From assembly GCA_949295465.1 (NCBI GenBank), contig CASFKY010000043.1:80-64079 (forward strand): a stretch of DNA of 64,000 nt. The letters are read 5' to 3'. This document shows, piece after piece, positions 1 through 8,951 of the stretch. Numbering within the stretch: the first letter of the stretch is position 1; every line of letters starts with the position of its first letter. A program made the position numbers and the translations under genes. The stretch comes from an uncultured Oscillospiraceae bacterium. Its GTDB lineage: Bacteria; Bacillota; Clostridia; Oscillospirales; Ruminococcaceae. Below the pieces are notes generated by a model that was not told the origin of the DNA, searched no databases, and saw nothing but the letters and a program-made list of their open reading frames with translations.

Positions 1-2
1 TC

Positions 3-458
3 TACCACTGCGGCTCGGCGCTCATCTATTTCAACTGGGACGAGGAGGCGAATCCCGACCATCAGTTCAGGCGCGTCAGTTTCCGCGGCAACTACGTCAT
101 GTACACGACGATGAGTGACTGGGTCGACACCGGCGAGGACGTTCACGGCTTCACCACCGGCGCTTTCACGATCGACGGCGGGCCGAATATGCAGGACGGC
201 ACCGTGGAGGTTCGGGACAATGTGTTCTTTGCCGCCCGGGAGTGCCTGGTGTATATCAGGACCTATGTGCCGGAGTATCTGCCGGACTTTGAGGGCAACA
301 CCTACGCGCAGTTTTCCGACGGTGTGTTCCTCTCCAGCGTCTCCGCCCCCAACTATTGGAGCGCCAACGCCGCCGAAGGCGTCCGCAAAACGCTGTTCGA
401 TGAGAGCGGAGAGGTTCTGAGCCTCTCCCGGAGCCGGTGGGGTGAGGCGGACTGGTAA
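3..458 (+). CDS. 3' end of a gene starting before the window; possibly a right-handed beta-helix (pectin lyase-like) protein
   Basis: Frame is open from base 3 (YHCGSALIYFNW...VSFRGNYV...VEVRDNVF...FEGNTY) to TAA at 456-458; recurring x-x-N-x-hydrophobic strands resemble beta-helix repeats. Confidence 0.5.
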   Translation, partial: YHCGSALIYFNWDEEANPDHQFRRVSFRGNYVMYTTMSDWVDTGEDVHGFTTGAFTIDGGPNMQDGTVEVRDNVFFAARECLVYIRTYVPEYLPDFEGNTYAQFSDGVFLSSVSAPNYWSANAAEGVRKTLFDESGEVLSLSRSRWGEADW

Positions 459-504
459 CAGTCCGGCTGCGCCGGAGGAGCAATGGCTGGTTCGCGGCGG
501 CCTT

Positions 505-527
505 TGCCCCACACGCTGACCCACACG
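505..527 (+). repeat. Tandem direct repeats TG(C/A)CCCACACG, candidate integrase arm-type sites
   Basis: TGCCCCACACG at 505 and TGACCCACACG at 517 (12-bp period), ~115 bp from the tRNA fragment. Confidence 0.5.
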
Positions 528-639
528 GGGAAACGAGCGGACGGAGACAATGGACACAAGAGTTTCGGGAAGGATAGCACCCCGGAGCGATGAGGGTGCA
601 AAAGGGGCTGAAATCGGCAAACCCTATCCTCCCAATCCG

Positions 640-684
640 TTGGTGAGGATGAGGTCTCCAGTTCGAATCTGGATAGCAGCTCCA
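640..684 (+). mobile_element. att site: duplicated 3' half of tRNA-Thr(GGT), marking the end of an integrated element
   Basis: TTGGTGAGGATGAGGTCTCCAGTTCGAATCTGGATAGCAGCTCCA contains an anticodon loop with GGT, a T-arm (CCAG TTCGAAT CTGG), the acceptor strand and CCA; no D-arm or 5' acceptor strand upstream. Confidence 0.85.
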
Positions 685-685
685 T

Positions 686-721
686 AAAAGCCCTTGAGCC
701 CAAAAGGATTCAAGGGCTTTT
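686..721 (+). terminator. Hairpin directly after the tRNA fragment
   Basis: AAAAGCCCTTGA...TCAAGGGCTTTT inverted repeat followed by T tract. Confidence 0.7.
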
Positions 722-779
722 GTTTTTGTGGTCCCTTGGGCAATGCCACAGAAACCGCAACCAAAACAGCAGCGGAGCA

Positions 780-821
780 TAAAGAAAGCCGGGCAGAGTA
801 TCCCTGCCCGGCCTTTTTTAT
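780..821. terminator. Intrinsic terminator-like hairpin
   Basis: GCCGGGCAG-loop-CTGCCCGGC flanked by A and T tracts. Confidence 0.6.
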
Positions 822-1158
822 TGTCTTCCGGGCTGTCCGCGCAGCCTGCCGTCGGCTGGCTTCCCCGGCGATAGGGGAGGGGAACAGGGCTTAAACTTTT
901 GGCTTGATCTTTAAAGCAGAACAAACCGATCCCTTCCATGGCACATCCCCTTGTGTACAAATTATTTTTGTTGGATTGCCTTAAATTATACTGTTTGATT
1001 TGTGCATATGCCAATATTATAATAAAAACATCTAAAAAAACCATTTAAAAGACAAGCCTGCTTTGGAGAAAACACCCGCTGCTTGCCGAAAAAAGGGATT
1101 CTCCAGGCCGGGCTGGGCTGCCGTGTAACGCGGAAAAGGACAGAAAGGAGCAATCACA

Positions 1159-2187
1159 TTGGGTTGGAAGATTTTGCTGCCGCAGGAGATTATGGAAGAG
1201 GGCAGAAAGCTGCTGGAGGACGCCGGCCACACGCTGATCGATGGCCGGGGATTTGAGACGAAAGACGTGCTGGCCGACATGAAGGAGTATCAGCCGGACG
1301 CCATGATCGTCCGCATCACCCCCATTACCCGGGAGGTGATCGAGGCGAACCCCAATTTGAAGGTCATCGTCCGCCACGGCGCCGGCTTTGACGCTGTGGA
1401 CCTGAAGGCCTGCCATGACAACGGCGTGAAGACCCTCTACGCCCCGGTGGCCAACAGCACCTCGGTGGCGGAGACTGCCCTGATGCTCATTCTGGAGTGC
1501 AGCCGGAATGTGACCGTGCTGCACAACACCTGGGTGCAGGACTACTACAAGGCCAAGCTGAAGGTGCGCAAGAACACCCTGAACGGCAAGACTCTGGGCA
1601 TCATCGGCTGCGGCAACATCGGCAGCCGTCTGGCCCGGCGGGCGCTGGCCATGGAGATGAACGTGCTGGCCTACGACCCCTATAAGCCCGCTGCGGATTT
1701 CCCCGACGGCGTGGAGGTGGTGCGGTATCTGGACCGCATCTTCCGGGAGAGCGACTATGTCTCCCTCCACGCGCCCAACACCCCTGTGACCCGCGACATG
1801 GTCAACAAAGAGCGGCTGGCAATGATGAAGCCCACCGCCTTCCTCATCAGCACCGCCCGGGGCAGCCTGGTGGTGGAGGAAGACCTGTATGAGGCCTGCA
1901 AGAACGGCGTGATTGCCGGCGCTGGTCTGGATGCCATCCGCAAGGAGCCTGTGGACCCCGCCAACCCCCTGCTCACGCTGGACAACGTGATCATCTACCC
2001 CCACATCGGCGGCAACACCGTGGAGGCCGCCCACCGCGCTTCCTATTTCGCCGCCATGGGCGTGCAGGAAGTGTACAGCGGCAAGGAGCCCACCTGGCCC
2101 ATCCATGACGTGGACTATGCCACCGCCCAGACCTATACCGACACCAAAAAGCCGGATACCAAGCCCGCAGGGATGTTCGATTTCTAA
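1159..2187 (+). CDS. D-isomer-specific 2-hydroxyacid dehydrogenase (phosphoglycerate dehydrogenase-like)
   Basis: RHGAGFD, GIIGCGNIG Rossmann motif, STARG and PHIGG motifs; AAGGAG RBS before TTG. Confidence 0.9.
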   Translation: MGWKILLPQEIMEEGRKLLEDAGHTLIDGRGFETKDVLADMKEYQPDAMIVRITPITREVIEANPNLKVIVRHGAGFDAVDLKACHDNGVKTLYAPVANSTSVAETALMLILECSRNVTVLHNTWVQDYYKAKLKVRKNTLNGKTLGIIGCGNIGSRLARRALAMEMNVLAYDPYKPAADFPDGVEVVRYLDRIFRESDYVSLHAPNTPVTRDMVNKERLAMMKPTAFLISTARGSLVVEEDLYEACKNGVIAGAGLDAIRKEPVDPANPLLTLDNVIIYPHIGGNTVEAAHRASYFAAMGVQEVYSGKEPTWPIHDVDYATAQTYTDTKKPDTKPAGMFDF

Positions 2188-2213
2188 CGATTTCACTGTT
2201 TTCCTTTTCCCTC

Positions 2214-2271
2214 AAAACCCACGGCAGGGGCGCGATCCCGCTCTTGGGACAGCCCCTACCGTGGGTTTTTT
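2214..2271 (+). terminator. Long hairpin with T tract between the dehydrogenase and RraA-family genes
   Basis: AAAACCCACGGCAGGGG...CCCCTACCGTGGGTTTTTT. Confidence 0.65.
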
Positions 2272-2337
2272 ATGGAAAAATTTACAAGATTATTTTGTCA
2301 AAAACTAAGGCTGTTAGGTTGAGAGGAGAAGTTTGTA

Positions 2338-3039
2338 ATGCCTGTAGGAAAGAGAATTTATCTGAAACGTGAGATGCCTGATCCCGAGATCATGGCCCAG
2401 TTCAAGACCATCCCGGCCTCCAACACCGCCGACGTGATGGGCCGCAGCTGCGCCATGAACCCCCGCATCCACCTGGTGAGCAAGCCCAAGGCTCAGATGA
2501 TGGTGGGCCCCGCCTATACGGTGAAATGCCGCGCCGGCGACAACCTGACCCTCCACGCCGCCCTGAACCTGTGCCATGAAGGGGACGTGCTGGTGGTTTC
2601 CAACGAAGAGGACGACACTCGGGCGCTGATGGGCGAGGTCATGATGGCCTACCTGCGCTACACCAAGAAGGTGGCCGGCATCATTCTGGACGGCCCCATC
2701 CGGGATATCGACGAGATCGGCAACTGGGACTTCCCCGTCTACTGCACCGGCACCACCCCCGGCGGCCCTTACAAGGAAGGGCCGGGCGAGGTGAACGTGC
2801 CCATCAGCTGCGGCGGCATCAGCGTGAACCCCGGCGACATCATTCTGGCCGACCCGGACGGCGTCATCTGCATCCCCCGCAAGGACGCCGCTGTGGTTCT
2901 GGAGGACGCCAAGAAGTTCCAGGCCGCCGACGAGAAGAAACTGGCCGCGGCCAAGAACGGCACCGCCAACCGGGCCTGGGTGGAGAAGACCCTGGCAGAG
3001 AAGGGCTACGAGATCATCGACGACGTGTACCGGCCCTGA
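2338..3039 (+). CDS. RraA family / HMG-CHA aldolase-like protein
   Basis: GDNL, ALMGEVM, DGPIRD and VNPGDIILADPDGV motifs. Confidence 0.88.
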   Translation: MPVGKRIYLKREMPDPEIMAQFKTIPASNTADVMGRSCAMNPRIHLVSKPKAQMMVGPAYTVKCRAGDNLTLHAALNLCHEGDVLVVSNEEDDTRALMGEVMMAYLRYTKKVAGIILDGPIRDIDEIGNWDFPVYCTGTTPGGPYKEGPGEVNVPISCGGISVNPGDIILADPDGVICIPRKDAAVVLEDAKKFQAADEKKLAAAKNGTANRAWVEKTLAEKGYEIIDDVYRP

Positions 3040-3078
3040 CCCAGCCCGCGCTGACTGCAAGGAAAAGGAGAATGGACC

Positions 3079-4197
3079 ATGACTCAAATGACACTCGCGC
3101 TGATTATTCTTATCGCGACAATCGTCCTCTTTATCTGGGAGCCCTGGCCCATCATTGTCACTGCCATCGGCTCGTCCATCGTGTTCGCCTACACCGGAAT
3201 CATCACGGTCAATGACATTTTTACCGGCTACAACAGCACCACCATTGTGCTGCTGGCCGGCATGATGGTCATCGGCTCGTCCCTGTTCCACGCCGGCATT
3301 ACGGATCTGATCGGCGAGAAAATGGTCAAGGTCACGGGCAAAAGTGAGCGCAACATCATCCTCGCCACCCTGGTGGTGTCCTGCGTGCTCAGCTCCGTGT
3401 GCAGCAACATCGGCGTGATGACTGCCATGGCCCCCTGGTGACCGCCATGTGCATCGCCGCCGGCATCGGTCCCTCCAAGGCCCTGCTGTCCCTGCTGTTC
3501 GGCGCCCAGTTCGGCGGCTTTGTGACGCTGGTGGGCGTGGGCTCCAACGCCACCGCCAACAGTGTGATGGAGGAGCTGGGCATCACTCCCTTCGGCTTCT
3601 TCAGCATCACCCCCTTCGGCGTGGGCGTGTGCATTCTGGGCACCCTGTACTTCACCTTTATCGGCCGCAAGCTGATCCCGGACACCCCGGGTATATCCCT
3701 GAGTTTGCCAAGACGGAGAAAAAACCTCTGGACCCCAAAAAGGCCGCCATCGCTGTGATCACCCTGCTGTGTGTGCTGGTTGTGATTGCGATCAGCCCCG
3801 ATAATGTGCCCATGCACATTGCCGCCACAGTGGGCGCCCTGGTCATTGTGGGCACCAAGTGCATGACCGTGCAGGAGGCCATCCGTGCCATCGACTGGAA
3901 CTGCATGCTCCTGGTGGGCTCCCTCACCGCCATCTCCACCGGCGTCAGCAACAGCGGCCTGGGCGACGCGGTGGCCCAGCAGATCCTGAACATCCTGGGC
4001 GACAACCCCAGCCCCTTCATGATCACCACCATCATCTTCTTCGCGGCCGCCCTGCTCACCCAGGTCATGTCCAACATCCCCACCATCATGCTCTTTTTGC
4101 CCATCGGCATCTCCATTGCCAATGCCATCGGCGTGAGCCCCTGTCCTGTGGCCATGACCATCACCCTGGCCGGCGCCGCCTCCTATGCCACTCCCTT
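3079..4197 (+). pseudogene. SLC13/DASS-type anion permease, twice frameshifted and 3' truncated
   Basis: One hydrophobic permease split over three frames (3079-3441, ~3436-3690, ~3689-4197), shifts at C runs near 3431 and 3686; SNIG/MSNIP motifs; sequence breaks after ASYATP. Confidence 0.8.
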
Positions 4198-4995
4198 ATC
4201 CATACGGCACCCGATGTAAGCCCCCGCAAGTGCGACGATCTGGAGCTGGCCCGCCGCCTCAAGGCGGCGGGGATGGCAGGCTGTGTCATCAAAAGCCACT
4301 TTGCCGACACCGCAGGCCGGGCCGCGGTGCTGGGCAAACTGTTTCCCGAGCTGGACATCGCAGGCGGAATTGCGCTGAACCGCTCTGTGGGCGGGATCAA
4401 CCCCCAGGCGGCGGAGCGCACCGCCCAGATGGGCGGAAGGATGCTCTGGTTCCCCACTCTGGAGGGTCGGGAGTACCAGCGATTCCGCCATGGAGAGGAC
4501 GGGACGGATTTCGCGCCCTTTCTGACGGTGTTTGACCAGGAGGGGCGGCTGCTCCCCCAGGTGTACGAGGTGCTGGAGGTGGCCGCCAGCTACCACATGG
4601 TGGTGGGCACCGGGCATCTCAGCGCCCGGGAAGGCATGGCGGTGGTCAAGGCCGCCCGGGAGAAGGGCGTGGAGCACGTGGTGCTGACCCACGCGGATAA
4701 CCCGGCGAACCAGTACACCGTGGAACAGCAGCAGGCTGCCCGGCTGGGCGCGGTGGTGGAGCACTGCTACTTTACCACCTATTACAAGCGCACCCCTGCG
4801 GAAGAGATCGCCCGCCAGATTCGGGCGGTGGGCTGTCAGTCTGTTGTCCTGAGCACGGATTTCGGCCAGGTAAATTCCCCCTACAGCGACGAAGGGATGC
4901 TGGAGTACATGCAGTGCATGCGGAAATGCGGATTCTCCCAAGAGGAACTGGTGCAGATGACCCACGACAATCCTCATCGTTTGCTGCACGAATAA
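4198..4995 (+). pseudogene. DUF6282-like amidohydrolase-fold protein lacking its start, joined to the permease remnant
   Basis: IHTAPDVSPRK, IKSH, GTGHLS, LTHAD and LSTDFGQ motifs; no RBS or start codon, and the first His of the HxH motif is missing. Confidence 0.7.
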
Positions 4996-5037
4996 TCAAT
5001 GCGGAAAGGGCGTAAGTCCTTCTGACTTTTCTCCTGT

Positions 5038-5080
5038 AAAGCCCGGGGCCGGAAGCGCAAGCTTCCGGCCCCGGGTTTTT
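5038..5080. terminator. Bidirectional terminator between convergent genes
   Basis: CCCGGGGCCGGAAGC-GCAA-GCTTCCGGCCCCGGG with flanking A and T tracts. Confidence 0.8.
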
Positions 5081-5148
5081 GTATCTGCTTTTGCGCAAAG
5101 ACGCCCCCCGGCTGGGCCGGGGGGCGCGACTTGGGGGGAGTATAAAAA

Positions 5149-6537
5149 TTACTGATACCCGATGCTCATGGCGATCACCAGGAAGACGGCGGCAATCACC
5201 GTCAGGATCGCGCACAAGGGAAGGATGAAACGCTCCCATTTGGAGAATGGAACCCGGCCGAAGCCCAGGGCCAGCAGCAGCACGCCCAGCAGGGGGGTGC
5301 ACAGATTGGTGATGCCGTCGCCGAACTGGTAGGCAAGCACGGCCACCTGGGGCTCGATGTTCACGATCTGGGCGATGGGCAGCACGATGGGCATGACCAC
5401 CAGGGCCTTGCCGGAGCCGGAGGGGATGAACAGGTTGATGAGGGCGATCACCACAAAGATGCCGATGGCAGACACCATGGGAGAGAGGCCCTTCAGGGGC
5501 TGGGACAGGACATAGACGATGGTGTCCAGCACGGAGGCCTTGTTGAACACCCAGGAGATGCCGTAGGCTACGCCCATGATGAAGCAGGCGCCCACCATGG
5601 TGCCGGCCCCTTTCAGGAAGGTCTCGGCCACGCCGTTGATGTCCAGCCCGGCCAGGATGCCGGCCACCACGCCCACGATCAGGAAGATGGCGCCAAGATA
5701 AGTGAAGTCCCAGCCGGCGTTCACCGCGCCCCACACATAGGCCAGGATGCCGGCCAGCAGGGTGAGCAGCACGATGCCGTGCTTGAAGGTGAAGGGCTTG
5801 GATTCAAACTCGGAGGCGTCAAAGGCAAGGTCGGATACGTCCACATTGGCCACCAGGCTCTTGCTGGGGTCGGCCTTTACTTTGCGGGCGTAGAGCAGGA
5901 TGTAGCCCAGGCAGATGAGGGGAACGATCAGGAACATGACCACCCGCAGCCCGATGCCCGAATACATGGGCAGGCCGGCCAGCGTCTGGGAGACGGCCAC
6001 CGTAAAGGGGTTGGTGGGGCCGCAGGTAAAGCCGGCAATGGCGCCCACGATGGCGATGCCGACGCCCACGATGGGGTCATACCCCAGCCCCACCGCAATG
6101 GAGATGGCGATGGGGATAAAGGGGATGGACCCCTCAATGAACCCCAGGAAGCCGCCCATCAGGGCGAATACATAGAACAGGAACACCAGGATCAGGTTCC
6201 CCCGGGAGGTGCCCACTTTCTTGATCACCCGGGCGATGCCGATGTTCATGGCGCCGGAGGCCTGGATGCACTCCAGCCCGCCGCCAATCAGCAGCGCGCC
6301 GAACAGCATGGCGCTGGCGTTGATCATGCCGTTGGGTACCGCCAGGAAGACGTCAAACAGGGAGGCGGGCGCGGCCTCCACCGAGTGGAAGCTGTCCGGG
6401 TCCACCACATTGCGGCCTCCCATCTCCACCCGGTCATAGGAACCAGCCGGGATGATCCAGGTGAGGGCGGCGGCCAGCACGATCATCAAAAACAGAAGGG
6501 CAACAGAGTTCAAAGGCTTTTTTTCTTTCGTTTTCAT
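5149..6537 (-). CDS. YfcC-family (basic amino acid/C4-dicarboxylate antiporter-like) membrane protein
   Basis: TWIIPAGSYDR, PTNPFTV, IPSGSGKA and AYQFGDG signatures; multiple TM segments. Confidence 0.88.
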   Translation of the reverse strand: MKTKEKKPLNSVALLFLMIVLAAALTWIIPAGSYDRVEMGGRNVVDPDSFHSVEAAPASLFDVFLAVPNGMINASAMLFGALLIGGGLECIQASGAMNIGIARVIKKVGTSRGNLILVFLFYVFALMGGFLGFIEGSIPFIPIAISIAVGLGYDPIVGVGIAIVGAIAGFTCGPTNPFTVAVSQTLAGLPMYSGIGLRVVMFLIVPLICLGYILLYARKVKADPSKSLVANVDVSDLAFDASEFESKPFTFKHGIVLLTLLAGILAYVWGAVNAGWDFTYLGAIFLIVGVVAGILAGLDINGVAETFLKGAGTMVGACFIMGVAYGISWVFNKASVLDTIVYVLSQPLKGLSPMVSAIGIFVVIALINLFIPSGSGKALVVMPIVLPIAQIVNIEPQVAVLAYQFGDGITNLCTPLLGVLLLALGFGRVPFSKWERFILPLCAILTVIAAVFLVIAMSIGYQ

Positions 6538-6579
6538 AGATTTCCCTCCTCTTGAAAAATGTAGAGCAGCCCGGTGCAG

Positions 6580-7797
6580 TCAGCTCTCGTTCAGCGTCTT
6601 CAGCAGCGAGACGGCGTTGTTCACATGGACCCTCACCCCGACGGGGAGGGTCTGGGGGTCCGGCAGGAAATAGGGGCTGTGCAGGGCGTGCGCCGGGTCG
6701 CCGGAACCCAGCCAGAAGAACACGCCCGGTACCCGGGCCAGGTATTCGCCGGCATCCTCGGAGGTCATGGCGGGCTCCTGGGTCAGCTGCACATGGTCCT
6801 CTCCCAGCAGTTCGCCGCAGTATTCCGCCACCAGGCCGGACAGTTTCTCGTCATTGATGGTGGGCATGTAGCCGGCGGAGATCTCCACCTTTGCGGTGCA
6901 GCGGTGGGCGGCGGCAATGTCCCGGGCCAGTTCCCCGATGCGCCGGGTGATCTGCCGGCGCACCTGGGAATTGAAGGTGCGGAACCCGCCGGAAATCTTC
7001 ACCTGGTCCGCCACCGCATTCCACACCGAGCCGGGCGTCTCCACCACGCCGATGGAGAGGACACAGGTTTCCAGACAGCTGATTTCCCGGGAAGGGATCA
7101 GGTGGATGGCCTCCACCAGCTCGGCCATGGCAGGCACCGGGTCCACCGACTCGTGAGGCCGGGCCCCGTGGCCGCCCTTGCCCTGGATGGTGATGCGGAA
7201 TATGTCGCTGGAGGCGCAGGCGTTTTTTCGGGCGATCTGCACCACCCCCACCGGCAGGGCGGGCTGGTTGTGCATGGCCAGGCAGGCGTCCACCCCTTCC
7301 AGTACGCCCTCCTGCACCATGAACCCGGCGCCGCCCTCTCCCGCGTAGCCGGCCTCCCGTACGGCCTGGGTCATGGAGGGGTCGATCTGCTCCTCCGCAG
7401 GCTGGAACACAAACTTGATCCGCCCGGAAAACACCTCCCTGCGGCGGGCCAGCACCTTGGCTGCCCCCAGCAGCATGGTCACATGGGCGTCGTGGCCGCA
7501 GGCGTGCATGCAGCCCGGCGTCTGGGAGGCAAACTCGCAGCCGGTCTGCTCGGCCACCCGCAGACAATCCATGTCCGCCCGCAGCATCACCGTCTTGCCC
7601 GGCTTGCCGGAATCCAGCATCCCCACCACCCCGTTGAGGGCGATCCCTTCGGTGACTTCCAGCCCGCAGCCCCGCAGGTACTCCGCCACGATCTTTGCGG
7701 TTCGGTGCTCCATGTACCCCGGCTCCGGGTGCCGGTGGAGGTCCTGATAAAGCTCGGTCAGCTCCGGCACAATGGCCTCAATCTCTCGTTCAAACAT
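6580..7797 (-). CDS. M20 family amidohydrolase (M20D/AbgA-like)
   Basis: LHRHPE, LRADMD, MHACGHDAH, FQPAEE, GGHGARPH and SED motifs. Confidence 0.92.
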   Translation of the reverse strand: MFEREIEAIVPELTELYQDLHRHPEPGYMEHRTAKIVAEYLRGCGLEVTEGIALNGVVGMLDSGKPGKTVMLRADMDCLRVAEQTGCEFASQTPGCMHACGHDAHVTMLLGAAKVLARRREVFSGRIKFVFQPAEEQIDPSMTQAVREAGYAGEGGAGFMVQEGVLEGVDACLAMHNQPALPVGVVQIARKNACASSDIFRITIQGKGGHGARPHESVDPVPAMAELVEAIHLIPSREISCLETCVLSIGVVETPGSVWNAVADQVKISGGFRTFNSQVRRQITRRIGELARDIAAAHRCTAKVEISAGYMPTINDEKLSGLVAEYCGELLGEDHVQLTQEPAMTSEDAGEYLARVPGVFFWLGSGDPAHALHSPYFLPDPQTLPVGVRVHVNNAVSLLKTLNES

Positions 7798-7823
7798 CTG
7801 ACACCACCCCTTCTTTTTGAATC

Positions 7824-8570
7824 TCAGTTACTGTGACAGCAGGCCCGTACAAAGGCCTGCGCCAGCTTCAGCTGCTGCGGGCTGTCGTACATCATTTCCG
7901 GGTGCCACTGCACCGCCAGGGCAAAAGGATGCTCCTTTACCTGGACGGCCTCGATCACGCCGTCCTCCGAGCGGGCCATCTCCAGAAGCCCGGGCGCCAG
8001 CTGCCACACCGCCTGGTGGTGAAAGGAATTCACCCCCAGGGTCTGTGTCTGGAAAATCTCCTCCAGCAAGCTGCCGGGCGTGAGGGTGACCGTGTGAGAG
8101 GCCGCGTTGCGGGGAAATCCCAGCAGGGTATGAGCCGCAAAGCCGTTGGAGAGGAGGTCCTGATAATTGGTCCCGCCCATGGCGGCGTTGAACAGCTGGA
8201 TGCCCCGGCAGATGCCCAGCATGGGGACTTTTTCCCTTTGGCCGTACTGAAAGGCGGCCAGCTCGTAGCGGTCCCGGGCCATGTCCACGGCGCCGCATTC
8301 CCGCTGCACGCGGTGGCCGTAGGTCTGGGGGTTCAGGTCGTTGCCGCCCGAGAGCAGGAGGCCGTCCAGCTTGCCCCAGAGCTGCCTTGCCCCCTCCAGG
8401 TCCTCCACGGTGGGCAGAACCAGGGGGATGCCCCCCGCCCTCTGGATCATGTCGGCATAGTCGGTGGCCAGCCCCTGAAAATCCTGGTTGTGGGCGGCGA
8501 TCCCCAGCTCCACCGTCCAGGGCGAGGCCGGCAAAAGATTGCAGGTGATACCAATGAGTGGCTTGTGCAT
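7824..8570 (-). CDS. Peptidase C26 gamma-glutamyl hydrolase family (PuuD-like)
   Basis: LLLSGGND, LGICRGIQ (catalytic Cys), VNSFHHQAV and VQWHPE motifs. Confidence 0.92.
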   Translation of the reverse strand: MHKPLIGITCNLLPASPWTVELGIAAHNQDFQGLATDYADMIQRAGGIPLVLPTVEDLEGARQLWGKLDGLLLSGGNDLNPQTYGHRVQRECGAVDMARDRYELAAFQYGQREKVPMLGICRGIQLFNAAMGGTNYQDLLSNGFAAHTLLGFPRNAASHTVTLTPGSLLEEIFQTQTLGVNSFHHQAVWQLAPGLLEMARSEDGVIEAVQVKEHPFALAVQWHPEMMYDSPQQLKLAQAFVRACCHSN

Positions 8571-8681
8571 ACGGGTTGCTCCTCTCTGCGCCGGTTGTCG
8601 GCTTTTGCGTCTGAATCACTCCCGTACGGAACAAAATGCTCCGCAGGATCGTTTTATGCGGTACCAATAAAACTTGAGCCA

Positions 8682-8712
8682 ATGATAGGGGCTAAAGTAA
8701 GCTTGGTGTCAA
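8682..8712 (-). promoter_or_regulatory. MerR-type promoter (19-bp spacer) for the C26/M20/YfcC operon
   Basis: Minus strand reads TTGACA-ccaagcttactttagcccc(19 nt)-TATCAT; lies divergent from a MerR gene. Confidence 0.75.
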
Positions 8713-8807
8713 GCACAAAAACGGTCCCTATTTTTTCAAAAACAAAAGTATACTTTAGATTTTGCGATTTTGAGGCCTGCAAGAGAAAAATATAAAGCGT
8801 GCTTTGG
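8692..8807. promoter_or_regulatory. Three related dyad operators, consensus about CTAAAGY-N2-RCTTTRG
   Basis: CTAAAGTaaGCTTGGT (8692), CAAAAGTatACTTTAG (8743), ATAAAGCgtGCTTTGG (8792). Confidence 0.6.
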
Positions 8808-8951
8808 CCTCTATATGCTGATTTTTAGGGTGATATGCCAGGGTTTTGTATTACAAAAAATAGAAATGTGAAAAAATATTTTATTTAATGTCAATGAAAA
8901 AGAATATATGTTATACTGTAGAAAACCAAAAAACAGGCGGGGGCGGCAGAT

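Noticed and set aside
640-684. Functional tRNA-Thr gene
   Set aside because: Only the 3' half is present, with no D-arm or 5' acceptor strand; treated as an att scar
1084-1090. 0A box TGCCGAA upstream of the hydroxyacid dehydrogenase
   Set aside because: A single heptamer with six fixed bases is expected many times by chance in 64 kb; no supporting context
3431-3690. Phase variation or programmed frameshifting at the C/G runs (also at 13804 and 28367)
   Set aside because: Runs are only 2-5 nt, and two of the three genes carry several lesions or deletions, which fits decay or error rather than a reversible switch
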